Positions 9,210 to 19,081 of a stretch of 64,000 nt of DNA are shown piece after piece. Source of the stretch: Thermodesulfobacteriota bacterium (lineage in GTDB: Bacteria; Desulfobacterota; Desulfobulbia; Desulfobulbales; SURF-16); contig JBFMAY010000001.1 of assembly GCA_040755455.1 (NCBI GenBank), forward strand, positions 224,001 to 288,000, in the 5' to 3' direction. A program made the position numbers and the translations under genes. Under the pieces are notes generated by a model that saw only the letters and a list, made by a program, of their open reading frames with translations, had not been told where the DNA came from and made no database searches. The first letter of the stretch is position 1; every line of letters begins with the position of its first letter.

Positions 9210-10910
9210 ATGGCACAGCGAATAACCATCGATCCCATTACCAGGATCGAAGGACACCTGAGAATAGATGCGGAAGTTGAAGGCGGCAAGGTCAGCAAGG
9301 CCTGGTCTTCCGGGCAGATGTGGCGCGGCATAGAGGTCATCCTCCAGGGCCGTGACCCCAGGGATGCCTGGCTTTTTACCCAGCGCATCTGCGGCGTCTG
9401 CACCACGGTGCATGCCCTGGCGTCGGTCCGGGCGGTGGAAAACGCCCTGGGCCTGCAGATCCCCTTGAACGCCCAGTATGTCAGAAACCTGATCATGTCG
9501 ATCCATGCCCTGCATGACCATATCGTTCATTTTTATGTCCTGTCGGCCCTTGACTGGGTGGATGTCGTGTCCGCCCTCAGCGCCGACCCCGTGAAAACAG
9601 CGACCCTGGCCCAGAGCCTTTCCGAATGGCCCGGCAACAGCAGCAAGCGCTTCAAGGCGGTGCAGGACAAGGTGAAGGCCCTGGTGGACAGCGGTCAGCT
9701 CGGCCCCTTTGCCAATGCCTACTGGGGCCATCCCGCCATGGCACTGCCGCCCGAGGCGAATCTCATGGCCGTCTCCCATTACCTGGAGGCCCTTGATTAC
9801 CAGCGCAAGGCAACCCAGGCCCTGGGCATCATTTCCGGCAAGAACCCGCACATCCAGAACCTTTCCGTGGGCGGGGTGACCGCGGCCATCAATCCGGACA
9901 ACGAGACCGCCCTCAACATGGAGCGGCTCTACTGGGTCAAACAGCTGGTGGAGGAGGTGCGCGGCTTCATCCAGCAGGTCTACCTGCCCGATGTGATCGC
10001 GGTGGGCGCCCTGTACAAGGACTGGCTGCCTTTTGGGGCCGGTGTCACCAACTACCTGGCCGTGCCCGACATGGTGCTGGATACGGCGGGCACCCAGTTT
10101 GATCTGCCGGGCGGCACCATTTTCAATGGCGATCTGTCCACGGTCAAGCCCATAACCGGTTTCAACGATCCGTACTTCCGGGATAATGTGGTGGAAGGTA
10201 TTGACCACGCCTGGTATGATGGGGACTGGTCGCGCCATCCCTATGAGGAGGAGACCGTGCCCAAGTACACAGAATTCCAGGACAATGGCAAATATACCTG
10301 GCTCAAGGCCCCGCGCTTCCAGGAGAAACCGATGCAGGTCGGCCCCCTGGCCCAGCTCCTGGTCGGTTATGCCCTCGGTCACGAGCAGACGGTGAAGAAT
10401 GTCAACGATGCCCTGACCAGGGTGAGCGCGGTGGCCGGCGTTGCCGTCGGACCCGCGGTGCTGCACTCGACCCTGGGACGGCATCTGGCCAGGGCGGTGC
10501 GGGCCTCCATGCTGAGCGATCTTGCCCTCAAGCACTGGCAGCTGCTGGTTGACAATGTCGGCCGGGGTGATCTGGCGATCTTCAACCCGCCCACCTTTCC
10601 CAAGGGCGAGCAGCGCGGCTACGGTATCCACGAGGCGCCGCGGGGGGCGCTGTCCCACTGGATCGTTATTAATAACGGCAAGATAAAGAATTACCAGTGT
10701 GTGGTGCCTTCCACCTGGAACGCAGGGCCCCGGGACAAGGCAGGGCAGCCCGGCCCCTATGAGGCGTCATTGGTCGGCAACCCGGTGGCTGATCCGGAAA
10801 AACCGCTGGAGGTGCTCAGGACCATTCATTCCTTTGACCCCTGCATCGCCTGCGCCGTGCATATGGCCAATCCGCAAGGCAGGGAGCTGGCCAGGGTGAA
10901 AGTTATTTAG
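9210..10910 (+). CDS. [NiFe]-hydrogenase large subunit (HybC-like, group 1)
   Basis: DPITRIEGH, L1 RICGVC, L2 DPCIACAVH followed by a cleavable C-terminal extension. Confidence 0.95.
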   Translation: MAQRITIDPITRIEGHLRIDAEVEGGKVSKAWSSGQMWRGIEVILQGRDPRDAWLFTQRICGVCTTVHALASVRAVENALGLQIPLNAQYVRNLIMSIHALHDHIVHFYVLSALDWVDVVSALSADPVKTATLAQSLSEWPGNSSKRFKAVQDKVKALVDSGQLGPFANAYWGHPAMALPPEANLMAVSHYLEALDYQRKATQALGIISGKNPHIQNLSVGGVTAAINPDNETALNMERLYWVKQLVEEVRGFIQQVYLPDVIAVGALYKDWLPFGAGVTNYLAVPDMVLDTAGTQFDLPGGTIFNGDLSTVKPITGFNDPYFRDNVVEGIDHAWYDGDWSRHPYEEETVPKYTEFQDNGKYTWLKAPRFQEKPMQVGPLAQLLVGYALGHEQTVKNVNDALTRVSAVAGVAVGPAVLHSTLGRHLARAVRASMLSDLALKHWQLLVDNVGRGDLAIFNPPTFPKGEQRGYGIHEAPRGALSHWIVINNGKIKNYQCVVPSTWNAGPRDKAGQPGPYEASLVGNPVADPEKPLEVLRTIHSFDPCIACAVHMANPQGRELARVKVI

Positions 10911-10959
10911 GAGCCGTTACGAAATATCTCTTCATTTCGCGCATGTCGTTACGGCTCCT
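10909..10959. repeat. Intergenic 14-bp inverted repeat (stem-loop)
   Basis: AGGAGCCGTTACGA ... TCGTTACGGCTCCT, 13/14 complementary. Confidence 0.6.
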
Positions 10960-11018
10960 CATGCCGGCACTGACATCCAAACGACGATGTTATTTTTAAA
11001 ACGGCCGAGGAGGCTGCC

Positions 11019-11678
11019 ATGAACTATGAGAAAAAGTATGTGTGGAGTATCCTGTTCCGTCTCTGTCACTGGGCCTTCGCCCTTGCCATCGTTGTGCTGG
11101 CGGTGACCGGGTTCTACATCCATGATCCCTGGACCAATACCTGGCTTGAGGGCGGCCGCAGTTTTCCCATGGCCGACCTGCGCTACTACCACTTTCTGGC
11201 GGGATTCGTCTTTACCGCCGCGGTGCTGGTCCGTTTTTTTCTTTACCTGTTCGGCAACAGGCAGGAGCGCATTCTCAATGCGCTGCCCGTTTCCACCGGC
11301 AATGTGAGGAATTTTTTTTCCACCCTTGCCTATTATGGTTATGTTACGGACAGTCATGAAGAGAGGCTGGGCCACAATACCCTGGCCGGCCTCACCTATC
11401 TGTTCACCTATGTGGCGGCGGCGGCGCAACTGCTGAGCGGTTTTTATCTGCTCTATCCGGAGAGCGCCACCTGGCAGTCCTGGGGGCTGCAGGTGTTCGG
11501 CGCCCAGCAGCAGGCCCGGTTTATTCACCATCTGCTCATGTGGTATTTTCTGTTTTTTGCCTTGGTGCATCTCTATCTGCTGGTATGGAATGACGTGAGG
11601 TCGCCGGAGGGGATGATCTCCTCCATCTTTAACGGGTATAAGTTCAAGCCGAAACATGACAGTTCTGCCAAGGCCTGA
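11019..11678 (+). CDS. Ni/Fe-hydrogenase b-type cytochrome subunit (HyaC/CybH-type)
   Basis: YVW...R..HW, four TM helices with heme-ligating His, GHN.L and ISSIFNGYK motifs. Confidence 0.9.
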   Translation: MNYEKKYVWSILFRLCHWAFALAIVVLAVTGFYIHDPWTNTWLEGGRSFPMADLRYYHFLAGFVFTAAVLVRFFLYLFGNRQERILNALPVSTGNVRNFFSTLAYYGYVTDSHEERLGHNTLAGLTYLFTYVAAAAQLLSGFYLLYPESATWQSWGLQVFGAQQQARFIHHLLMWYFLFFALVHLYLLVWNDVRSPEGMISSIFNGYKFKPKHDSSAKA

Positions 11679-14034
11679 GAGCCTTTTTTCACACGGGGCG
11701 GCCCCGGAGCAGCAGGGGGTCGAACTGAAGGTGCAGGGCGTGGTGCAGGGGGTCGGCTTCCGGCCCTTTGTCCACCGCCTGGCGTCCCGCTTCGGTTACT
11801 CCGGCACGGTGGTCAACAGCGCTGAAGGGGTGGTGATCCGACTGGCACCACCCCTTGCCCGTTTTGACAGCTTTCTGCGCAGTCTCCAGGAGGAAGCGCC
11901 GCCGCTTGCCAGCATCACCACCCTTGAGAGAACAGCGATCACGGTTTTTCCCTGTGAGCCGGGCTTTCAGATTCTCGCCAGTGAACACTCCGGGGCCGCA
12001 GGCACCATGATCCCGCCTGACGCGGCGGTCTGTGATGACTGTCTGGCTGAGCTGTTCAGCAGAAATGACCGGCGCTACCTCTATCCGTTCATTAACTGCA
12101 CCAACTGCGGGCCGCGTTTCACCATTGTCGAGTCGATCCCCTATGACCGGCCGAACACCTCGATGAAGGTTTTTCCCATGTGCCCGGACTGCGGCCGGGA
12201 GTACCATGATCCGGTGAACCGCCGCTTCCACGCCCAGCCAAATGCCTGCTGGCAGTGCGGCCCACGCATGAGCTGGCATGATGCTGACGGCCGGCCCCTG
12301 GCATGTGAGGACCCGTTGCGCGAGGCAAGCCGCGCCATTGGGCAGGGGAAGGTGGTGGCCATGCGGGGCCTTGGCGGTTTCCATCTCACCGTTGACGCGG
12401 GCAATGATGCGGCGGTGCGCAAATTGCGGGAAAGAAAAAAAAGGCCCGCCAAGCCCCTGGCCGTCATGGTGGCGGATGTTCAGGCGGCCATGGACCTTTG
12501 CCGCATATCCCCCAAGGAAAAAGAGCTGCTGCTTTCCTGCCGGCGGCCCATCGTGCTGCTGCCGAAAAAAAACGACGGCAATCTTGCCCCGTCCGTGGCT
12601 CCGGGCATGCAGCATCTGGGGCTGATGCTGCCCTATACCCCTTTTCATCATCTGCTTTTCCGGGGGGAGGATACCCCGACGGCCCTGGTGATGACCAGCG
12701 GCAACCGCAGCGAAGAGCCGATCTGCACGGCAAACAGTGATGCCATGGAAAAACTTGCCGGTATCGCTGATTTCTTTCTGCTCCATAACCGGGATATCGT
12801 CACCAGGGTTGATGATTCGGTGGTCAGGGTTATCGATGACAGGGAGCGGCCCATCCGCCGGGCCCGTGGCTATGCCCCCGGCTCAGTCGCCCTCGGCCGG
12901 CCGCTGCCGGACATTCTGGCCTGTGGCGCGGAGCTGAAGAACACCTTCTGTATGGCCAGGGGCAAGACCGCCTACCTGAGCCAGCATATCGGCGATCTCA
13001 CAAGCGTTGAAACCCTTGCATTTTTTGAAGAGAGTGTCCGCCATATGCAGAATGTGCTGGAGTTTGCCCCCGCAGCCGTTGCCTGCGATCTGCATCCTGA
13101 TTATCTCAGCACCCGTTTTGCCGAAAGCACGGGCCTGCATCTGTATCGGGTGCAGCATCATCACGCCCACGCCGCGGCCGTCATGGCCGAACGTGGTATA
13201 GAGGAAGAAACATTTGCCGTGATACTTGACGGCACCGGCTTCGGCTCGGACGGCACGGTCTGGGGCGGGGAAATTCTGCTGGCGGGCCTCACCTCTTTTC
13301 AGCGGCTGGCCAGCCTGGAACCGATGATGCTGCCCGGCGGCGATGCCGCGGCCCGGGAACCGTGGCGCATGGCCATGGCCGTCCTGCGGGGGGCATACGG
13401 CCGGGAGGGACTGGGCGCGGCCGTTCGCCTTGTCCCGGCCCTGGCCAAAATAGGCTCTGCCAAAAAAGACACCCTGGCGCAGATGATGTCGCAAAAGGTC
13501 AATACCCCCCTGACCTCAAGCTGCGGCAGGCTCTTTGACGCCCTGGCCGCCCTGCTTGACCTCTGTCTTGTCTCCGGCTATGAAGGCCATGCCGCCATGG
13601 AGCTTGAGGCCATGGCATGGCAGGCGGTGCGGGGCGACGGGCGGAGTGATGGGCCGGATGATGAGCTGCGGTTTCCCGTGGAGATCAGGGAAGAGCAGGG
13701 GCGCCTGCTGATCGGCACGGCAGCGCTGATCCGGTCAGTGGTCGATTCCCTGGCCCGCGCAGATGACCGGGCAGGGCTTGCCCTGGCCTTTCATCGCTGG
13801 CTGGTGTTGTCCCTTACCGCTGTCATCAAGGAGCTGGCGGCCAGGTTCGGCAGCAAGAAGGTGGTGCTCGGCGGCGGCTGCATGCAGAATGGTCTGCTGC
13901 TGGGCGGCTTGAGCAAAAATCTTGAATCCGCAGGATTTCAGGTTTTTTCCGCCGAGAAGGTGCCGGCCAACGATGGCGGACTTGCCCTCGGCCAGGCGGT
14001 TATCGCCGGCATGAATCATATGCAGTCCAGATAA
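11656..14034 (+). CDS. hypF: Carbamoyltransferase HypF
   Basis: VQGVGFRPFV acylphosphatase domain, CxxC zinc fingers, QHHHAH, NDGGLALGQ. Confidence 0.95.
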   Translation: MTVLPRPESLFSHGAAPEQQGVELKVQGVVQGVGFRPFVHRLASRFGYSGTVVNSAEGVVIRLAPPLARFDSFLRSLQEEAPPLASITTLERTAITVFPCEPGFQILASEHSGAAGTMIPPDAAVCDDCLAELFSRNDRRYLYPFINCTNCGPRFTIVESIPYDRPNTSMKVFPMCPDCGREYHDPVNRRFHAQPNACWQCGPRMSWHDADGRPLACEDPLREASRAIGQGKVVAMRGLGGFHLTVDAGNDAAVRKLRERKKRPAKPLAVMVADVQAAMDLCRISPKEKELLLSCRRPIVLLPKKNDGNLAPSVAPGMQHLGLMLPYTPFHHLLFRGEDTPTALVMTSGNRSEEPICTANSDAMEKLAGIADFFLLHNRDIVTRVDDSVVRVIDDRERPIRRARGYAPGSVALGRPLPDILACGAELKNTFCMARGKTAYLSQHIGDLTSVETLAFFEESVRHMQNVLEFAPAAVACDLHPDYLSTRFAESTGLHLYRVQHHHAHAAAVMAERGIEEETFAVILDGTGFGSDGTVWGGEILLAGLTSFQRLASLEPMMLPGGDAAAREPWRMAMAVLRGAYGREGLGAAVRLVPALAKIGSAKKDTLAQMMSQKVNTPLTSSCGRLFDALAALLDLCLVSGYEGHAAMELEAMAWQAVRGDGRSDGPDDELRFPVEIREEQGRLLIGTAALIRSVVDSLARADDRAGLALAFHRWLVLSLTAVIKELAARFGSKKVVLGGGCMQNGLLLGGLSKNLESAGFQVFSAEKVPANDGGLALGQAVIAGMNHMQSR

Positions 14035-14138
14035 CTCTGAGGGTCGGGCGGAACAAAATTGATTTTTTTTCTGTTGTTTACCCTGAGATTTCTGTAAACT
14101 TTTCATTAATAAAAACAAAAAAATAGTGAGGATGTGCA

Positions 14139-14411
14139 ATGTGTCTGGCTGTGCCCATGCGCGTAATCGCCGTAAGAGGGGTTGAAAATGATTTCACCAT
14201 CCCGCAGGTCGGGGTTGTTGAAGCCCAGGGTATTGAAAAAGAGGTGCGGCTGGATCTGGTTGACCGCTGGCCGGAAATAGGAGATTATCTTATTATTCAT
14301 GCAGGCTTTGCCATCCATACCCTGGATGCCGCAGACGCGGAGACCAATCTGCGCCTCCTGCGGGAAATGGCTGACGGCGTGCGGGCCGGGGCCGGCGGGG
14401 AAAAACAGTAA
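14139..14411 (+). CDS. hypC: Hydrogenase chaperone HypC
   Basis: MCLAVP N-terminus, GDYLIIHAGFAI. Confidence 0.95.
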   Translation: MCLAVPMRVIAVRGVENDFTIPQVGVVEAQGIEKEVRLDLVDRWPEIGDYLIIHAGFAIHTLDAADAETNLRLLREMADGVRAGAGGEKQ

Positions 14412-14413
14412 CC

Positions 14414-15502
14414 ATGAAATATGTCTCGGAGTTCAGGGATAAAAAGTATATCGTCCCTTTGGTTGATGAACTGCGCAAGACCATTGACCGTCCCCTGCGG
14501 ATCATGGAGGTGTGCGGCACCCACACCATGGCTATTTTCCGGCATGGTCTGCGTTCGCTGATGCCAGAGGGACTGGAGTTGATCTCCGGACCTGGCTGTC
14601 CGGTATGTGTCACTTCCAGCGCCCATATCGACGGATTTATCGAGGTGGCGAATCGTGAAGGGGTGCGGGTGGCGATCTTCGGCGATCTTTTCCGGGTGCC
14701 GGGCAGCCAGGGTTCGCTGGCCAGGGCGCAATCCATGGGGGCACAGGTCGAGGTTGTTTATTCGCCGATGGACGCCCTGACGCTGGCCGGCAAATATCCG
14801 CAGCAGATGACGGTTTTTCTGTCCGTCGGTTTTGAGACCACCATTCCGCTGGTTGCCGCAACCATACTTGAGGCCGAGCGTCTGAAGGTGGATAATTTCG
14901 CCGTATTTTCCGCCCACAAGATCATGCCGCCGGCCCTTACTGCCCTGCTGGGCGATCCCGAACTCCGCCTGGACGGGCTGCTCTGCCCCGGCCATGTGAG
15001 CACCATCATCGGCGCGGCCGCCTATGAACCGCTGGCCGCCAATTATCGATTGTCCTGCGTGGTGGCTGGTTTTGAGCCGGTTGATGTGCTCCAGGCGATT
15101 ATCATGCTGGCGCGGCAGGCAAGGGAAGGCCGGGCCGAGGTGGAAAACGCCTACGGGCGGGCTGTTTCCTGGCAGGGCAATCTGCGGGCCCAGAAGCTGA
15201 TGCATGACGTTTTCGAGCCGGTCGACTGCCAGTGGCGGGGACTGGGCACCATCCCGGCCAGCGGCATGGCCATCCGCGAACCTTTCTCCCGCTTTGATGC
15301 GGAAAAAAGGTTCGCTATCAGGCTCACGGAAACCCCGGAACCGAAAGGCTGTCTGTGCGGTCAGATCCTCAAGGGGCGCAAATCCCCGGCCGACTGTCCG
15401 CTCTTTGCCGGCCGGTGCACGCCGGTCAATCCGGTGGGCCCCTGCATGGTGTCAAGCGAAGGAACCTGCGCCGCCCATTATCGTTTCGGTCTGGCCGGAT
15501 GA
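14414..15502 (+). CDS. hypD: Hydrogenase formation protein HypD
   Basis: MEVCGTHT, GPGCPVC, GFETT, PGHVS, CMVSSEGTC. Confidence 0.95.
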   Translation: MKYVSEFRDKKYIVPLVDELRKTIDRPLRIMEVCGTHTMAIFRHGLRSLMPEGLELISGPGCPVCVTSSAHIDGFIEVANREGVRVAIFGDLFRVPGSQGSLARAQSMGAQVEVVYSPMDALTLAGKYPQQMTVFLSVGFETTIPLVAATILEAERLKVDNFAVFSAHKIMPPALTALLGDPELRLDGLLCPGHVSTIIGAAAYEPLAANYRLSCVVAGFEPVDVLQAIIMLARQAREGRAEVENAYGRAVSWQGNLRAQKLMHDVFEPVDCQWRGLGTIPASGMAIREPFSRFDAEKRFAIRLTETPEPKGCLCGQILKGRKSPADCPLFAGRCTPVNPVGPCMVSSEGTCAAHYRFGLAG

Positions 15503-15601
15503 GTTGTGCATGAGATTCATTCGGGGTTTGATCGGAGAAATTGTTTCGCGCATTTGTTTTTCTTAATATCAAATATAAAGATTTGACCCCTAGGGCTTAC
15601 C

Positions 15602-16618
15602 ATGAAACCGACTGAAACGATTCTCCTTGATCATGGCAGCGGCGGCCGTGCCAGCCAGGAGCTAATTAAAAATATTTTTTTGTCCTATCTGGCCAATCCG
15701 GTTCTTTCCTGCCTGGAAGACAGCGCCCTGGTTGACACCGGCGCGGGACAGCTTGCCTTTACCACTGACAGCTACGTGGTTGACCCGATTTTTTTCCCGG
15801 GCGGCGATATCGGCGAGCTGGCCATCAACGGCACGATCAATGACCTGGCCATGCGGGGTGCGGAACCCATTTGTCTCAGTCTCGGCCTGATCCTGGAAGA
15901 GGGCTTTGCCCTGGAGGACCTGAAAAGGGTGATCGTCTCCATCCAGGGGGCATGCCGCCGGGCGGTGGTGCCGGTGGTGACGGGTGACACCAAGGTCGTT
16001 CCCCGGGGCAAGGGGGACAAGATCTTCATCAACACCTCGGGCATCGGCCTGGTTGACCGCGGCATCCACATCTCGGCCAAAAATGCCCGGCCCGGGGATG
16101 CGGTTATCCTTTCCGGCAGCATGGGCGATCATGGCATCACCATCCTGGCCCAGCGGGCCGGCATCTCCTTGCAGGGCAATCTGCGCAGTGACACCATGGC
16201 CCTGCATCGTTTGGTGCAGAAGATGCTGGCCGGGGCGCCCGGTGCGGTCCATACCCTGCGGGACCCGACCAGGGGCGGGGTGGCGACTTCGCTTAATGAA
16301 ATAGCCGAGACGGCTCAGGTGGCCGTGGAGCTCGATGAGAGTGCCATTCCGGTAAGGCCGGAGGTTGCCGCCGCCTGTGAGATTCTCGGCATGGACCCCC
16401 TCTATCTGGCCAATGAGGGCAAATGTCTGGCCCTGGTGGCAAAAGAACATGCCAGCCGCCTGGTTGAGCTGATGCGTTCTCTGCCGGAAGGGGCGGATGC
16501 TGCCGTTATCGGCCGGGTGACCAAAGGCCCTGCGGGCCGGGTGCTGCTGAACACGGTAGCGGGCGGCACACGCATCGTGCAGTCCTTGACCGGTGAACCG
16601 CTGCCGCGAATCTGCTGA
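15602..16618 (+). CDS. hypE: Hydrogenase maturation protein HypE
   Basis: HGSGG, TTDSYVVDP, RDPTRGG, C-terminal PRIC. Confidence 0.95.
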   Translation: MKPTETILLDHGSGGRASQELIKNIFLSYLANPVLSCLEDSALVDTGAGQLAFTTDSYVVDPIFFPGGDIGELAINGTINDLAMRGAEPICLSLGLILEEGFALEDLKRVIVSIQGACRRAVVPVVTGDTKVVPRGKGDKIFINTSGIGLVDRGIHISAKNARPGDAVILSGSMGDHGITILAQRAGISLQGNLRSDTMALHRLVQKMLAGAPGAVHTLRDPTRGGVATSLNEIAETAQVAVELDESAIPVRPEVAAACEILGMDPLYLANEGKCLALVAKEHASRLVELMRSLPEGADAAVIGRVTKGPAGRVLLNTVAGGTRIVQSLTGEPLPRIC

Positions 16619-16632
16619 AAGGAGCGAAAACA

Positions 16633-17157
16633 TTGTCTGTTCTTACAAAAAAAATCGGCGTGCTCGGCATCGGCAATCTGCTGCTTGGCGATGAGGGTTT
16701 TGGCGTGCATGTCATCCGTTATCTGGAGAATCATTGGTTGTTTCCGGAGCAGGTTCACCTGCTGGACGGCGGCACAGCCGGGATTTACATGGCCCCGTTT
16801 CTGGAGGATGTGGACCGGCTGATTGTTGTCGATGTGGTGGCTGACGACGGACCGCCCGGGACCATCTGTCTGTTCAGCGGCGAGGATCTGCGGGGGGCGA
16901 ATGTGCAACTGCGCATGTCGCCCCATCAGCTTGGGCTGCTTGAGGTGCTGGAGATCTGCCGATTGCGCGACCAGGCGCCGGCTGAGATACAGTTCATCGG
17001 CGTGGTGCCGGCGGCAATCGAAACCGGGATGGAGCTGTCGGCGCTGTTGTCTGACCGGGTTATTGAGGTGGCGGCGATGATACTTAACGCCCTTGAAGAG
17101 GAGGGGATCCATGCACGAAATATCACTGGTGCAGGGACTGCTCAAGCAGCTGGCTGA
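16633..17157 (+). CDS. Hydrogenase maturation protease (HyaD/HybD family)
   Basis: GIGNLLLGDEGFG, DGGT, SPHQ; TTG start after AAGGAG. Confidence 0.9.
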   Translation: MSVLTKKIGVLGIGNLLLGDEGFGVHVIRYLENHWLFPEQVHLLDGGTAGIYMAPFLEDVDRLIVVDVVADDGPPGTICLFSGEDLRGANVQLRMSPHQLGLLEVLEICRLRDQAPAEIQFIGVVPAAIETGMELSALLSDRVIEVAAMILNALEEEGIHARNITGAGTAQAAG

Positions 17158-17458
17158 ACTTGCCGAACAACACCGGAGCAGGATGATCAGCAAGGTGCGG
17201 GTGGAGATCGGACCGCTGTCCGGCATCGTCATTGATTCCTTTCAGTTCGGCTTTGATGTGCTGGCCTCGGAACAGGAGTTGACCAGCAAGGCGCTGCTTG
17301 AAATCGTCACCCCGCCCATCCAGTACAAGTGCTGCTACTGCGGCTATGTCTGCCTGAATTATAGCGAGGTGCCGGAGGCCTGTCCGGAGTGCGGTCATAC
17401 CCTGCTCGTGCCGGAGGGCGGGGACGGGCTGATTCTCCTGCAGGTTGAAATGGAATAA
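17111..17458 (+). CDS. hypA: Nickel metallochaperone HypA
   Basis: MHE N-terminus and two CxxC motifs. Confidence 0.9.
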   Translation: MHEISLVQGLLKQLAELAEQHRSRMISKVRVEIGPLSGIVIDSFQFGFDVLASEQELTSKALLEIVTPPIQYKCCYCGYVCLNYSEVPEACPECGHTLLVPEGGDGLILLQVEME

Positions 17459-17488
17459 CAGGAAGGCAGAAGGCAAGAGGCAAAAGGA

Positions 17489-17507
17489 GCGGGTTTCATG
17501 CCCGCCC
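17489..17507. repeat. REP-like palindrome (copy 1)
   Basis: GCGGGTTTCATGCCCGCCC, identical to 22089-22107; intergenic. Confidence 0.5.
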
Positions 17508-17594
17508 CACAGACGGAAGGGGAAAGTCGGAAGCGGCGAAACACCTTCAGACTTTCCGGCCTGGGTAGTTACTAACATAGAAGGATATAAGAAT

Positions 17595-18296
17595 ATGTGT
17601 GATGTTTGCGGATGTGCAAGCCCGAGTCATAGTCATAAGGTCGTTGATGTCAATCAGAGTCTGCTGGCCGCCAACGATGCCCTGGCGGCAAAAAACAGAG
17701 AGCATATTGAGGAGCTGGGGGCCGTGGCGATTAATCTGATCAGCAGCCCCGGTTCGGGAAAAACCACCCTGCTTGAGAAAACCATTGAGCGGCTGGGCAA
17801 GGAGCTGCGCATCGGGGTGATCGAGGGCGATATTGAAACGGAAAGGGATGCCGAACGTATCCGCGCCAAGGGCGTGCCGGTGGTGCAGCTCACCACCGGA
17901 GGAGCCTGCCATCTTGACGCCGCCCTGGTCCATAAGGGCATTCATGCCCTGGAGGATCAGCTTGGTGACGGCGGGAAACTCGATTTGCTCTTTATTGAAA
18001 ATGTCGGCAATCTTGTCTGCCCGGCCACTTTTTATCTGGGTGAACATCAACGGGTGGTGATGGTCTCCGTGCCGGAGGGGCCGGATAAACCGGCCAAATA
18101 TCCCAAGGCCTTTACCGGCTCCCATGTTTTCATGATCAGCAAGACGGACCTGTTGCCGTATTTTGATTTTGCGCCGGAGATGGCGATCAAGGATGCCCTG
18201 CAGCTTAATCCGAAGCTCATGGTCATGTCTGTTTCCGCAACGGCCGGCGACGGCTTTGACAGCTGGCTGGCGTATCTGCGCTCCCTCTGTCGATGA
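17595..18296 (+). CDS. hypB: Nickel incorporation GTPase HypB
   Basis: MCDVCGC, SSPGSGKTT, CHLDA, ENVGNLVCP, SKTDL. Confidence 0.95.
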   Translation: MCDVCGCASPSHSHKVVDVNQSLLAANDALAAKNREHIEELGAVAINLISSPGSGKTTLLEKTIERLGKELRIGVIEGDIETERDAERIRAKGVPVVQLTTGGACHLDAALVHKGIHALEDQLGDGGKLDLLFIENVGNLVCPATFYLGEHQRVVMVSVPEGPDKPAKYPKAFTGSHVFMISKTDLLPYFDFAPEMAIKDALQLNPKLMVMSVSATAGDGFDSWLAYLRSLCR

Positions 18297-18985
18297 TATT
18301 CGGCTTAACTGACGACCTTATCTTTCCCCCTCCTTATCTGGCCAGAGAGGACGGCCTGCTGGCCATCGGTGGAGATCTCTCCGTTGAGCGGCTTCTTCTC
18401 GCCTATGGCCAGGGCATTTTCCCCTGGTACACCGAGGAGGATCCCATTCTCTGGTGGGCGCCCGACCCCCGGCTGGTCCTTGAACCGGAAAAATTTCATC
18501 TGTCGAAACGGCTGGCCCGCGTTATCCGGCAGGGCCGGTTTCACGTCACCTTTGACACCGCCTTTGAGCAGGTGATCAGAGCATGCGCTGTCCCGCGGGC
18601 GGGCAAAGAGCAGGGCACCTGGCTGGTGCCCGAGATGATTGAGGCTTATATCCGTTTGCACGAGGCGGGCTACGCCCACTCGGTGGAATGCTGGCAGGGG
18701 GAGACTCTGGCCGGCGGCCTTTACGGGGTGGCGCTTGGCGGGGTATTTTTCGGCGAGTCCATGTTTGCCAGGGTGTCCGACAGCTCAAAGGTCGCGATGG
18801 CCCATCTGGTCAAGCTGCTGCGCCAATGGCAATTTGCCCTGATTGACTGCCAGATGACCACATCCCACCTGTTGAGCCTCGGGGCACGGGAAATGCCCGG
18901 TTACGAATTCTACAGCCGTCTGGAAAAACATGTGCCGCTGCCGGGCCGGCCGGGCCGGTGGACCGGGGCGTTGACAAAAAAATAG
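18293..18985 (+). CDS. aat: Leucyl/phenylalanyl-tRNA--protein transferase
   Basis: GLLAIGGDLS, AY..GIFPW, WW.PDPR, AHSVECW, GESMF, DCQ. Confidence 0.95.
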   Translation: MIFGLTDDLIFPPPYLAREDGLLAIGGDLSVERLLLAYGQGIFPWYTEEDPILWWAPDPRLVLEPEKFHLSKRLARVIRQGRFHVTFDTAFEQVIRACAVPRAGKEQGTWLVPEMIEAYIRLHEAGYAHSVECWQGETLAGGLYGVALGGVFFGESMFARVSDSSKVAMAHLVKLLRQWQFALIDCQMTTSHLLSLGAREMPGYEFYSRLEKHVPLPGRPGRWTGALTKK

Positions 18986-19081
18986 CATACCTTGACACCC
19001 TTCAGGCAATATTTATTGTTTTAATTAGGAGGAGGCTGCATCAATTTATTAATTCTTGGTAAATGAAAAGGGGGTGTTGGT

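Noticed and set aside
7968..10658. Long antisense ORFs (896 aa here; also 35454-36950, 59938-61509, 61910-63799 and others)
   Set aside because: Shadow frames of GC-rich genes with clear identity on the opposite strand.
9210..10910. [NiFeSe] hydrogenase or selenocysteine recoding
   Set aside because: The L2 motif is DPCIAC with Cys codons and there is no in-frame TGA.
18986..19081. CIRCE element before Hsp20
   Set aside because: TTAGCACTC-N9-GAGTGCTAA is not present; only a TTGACA -35-like hexamer is seen.
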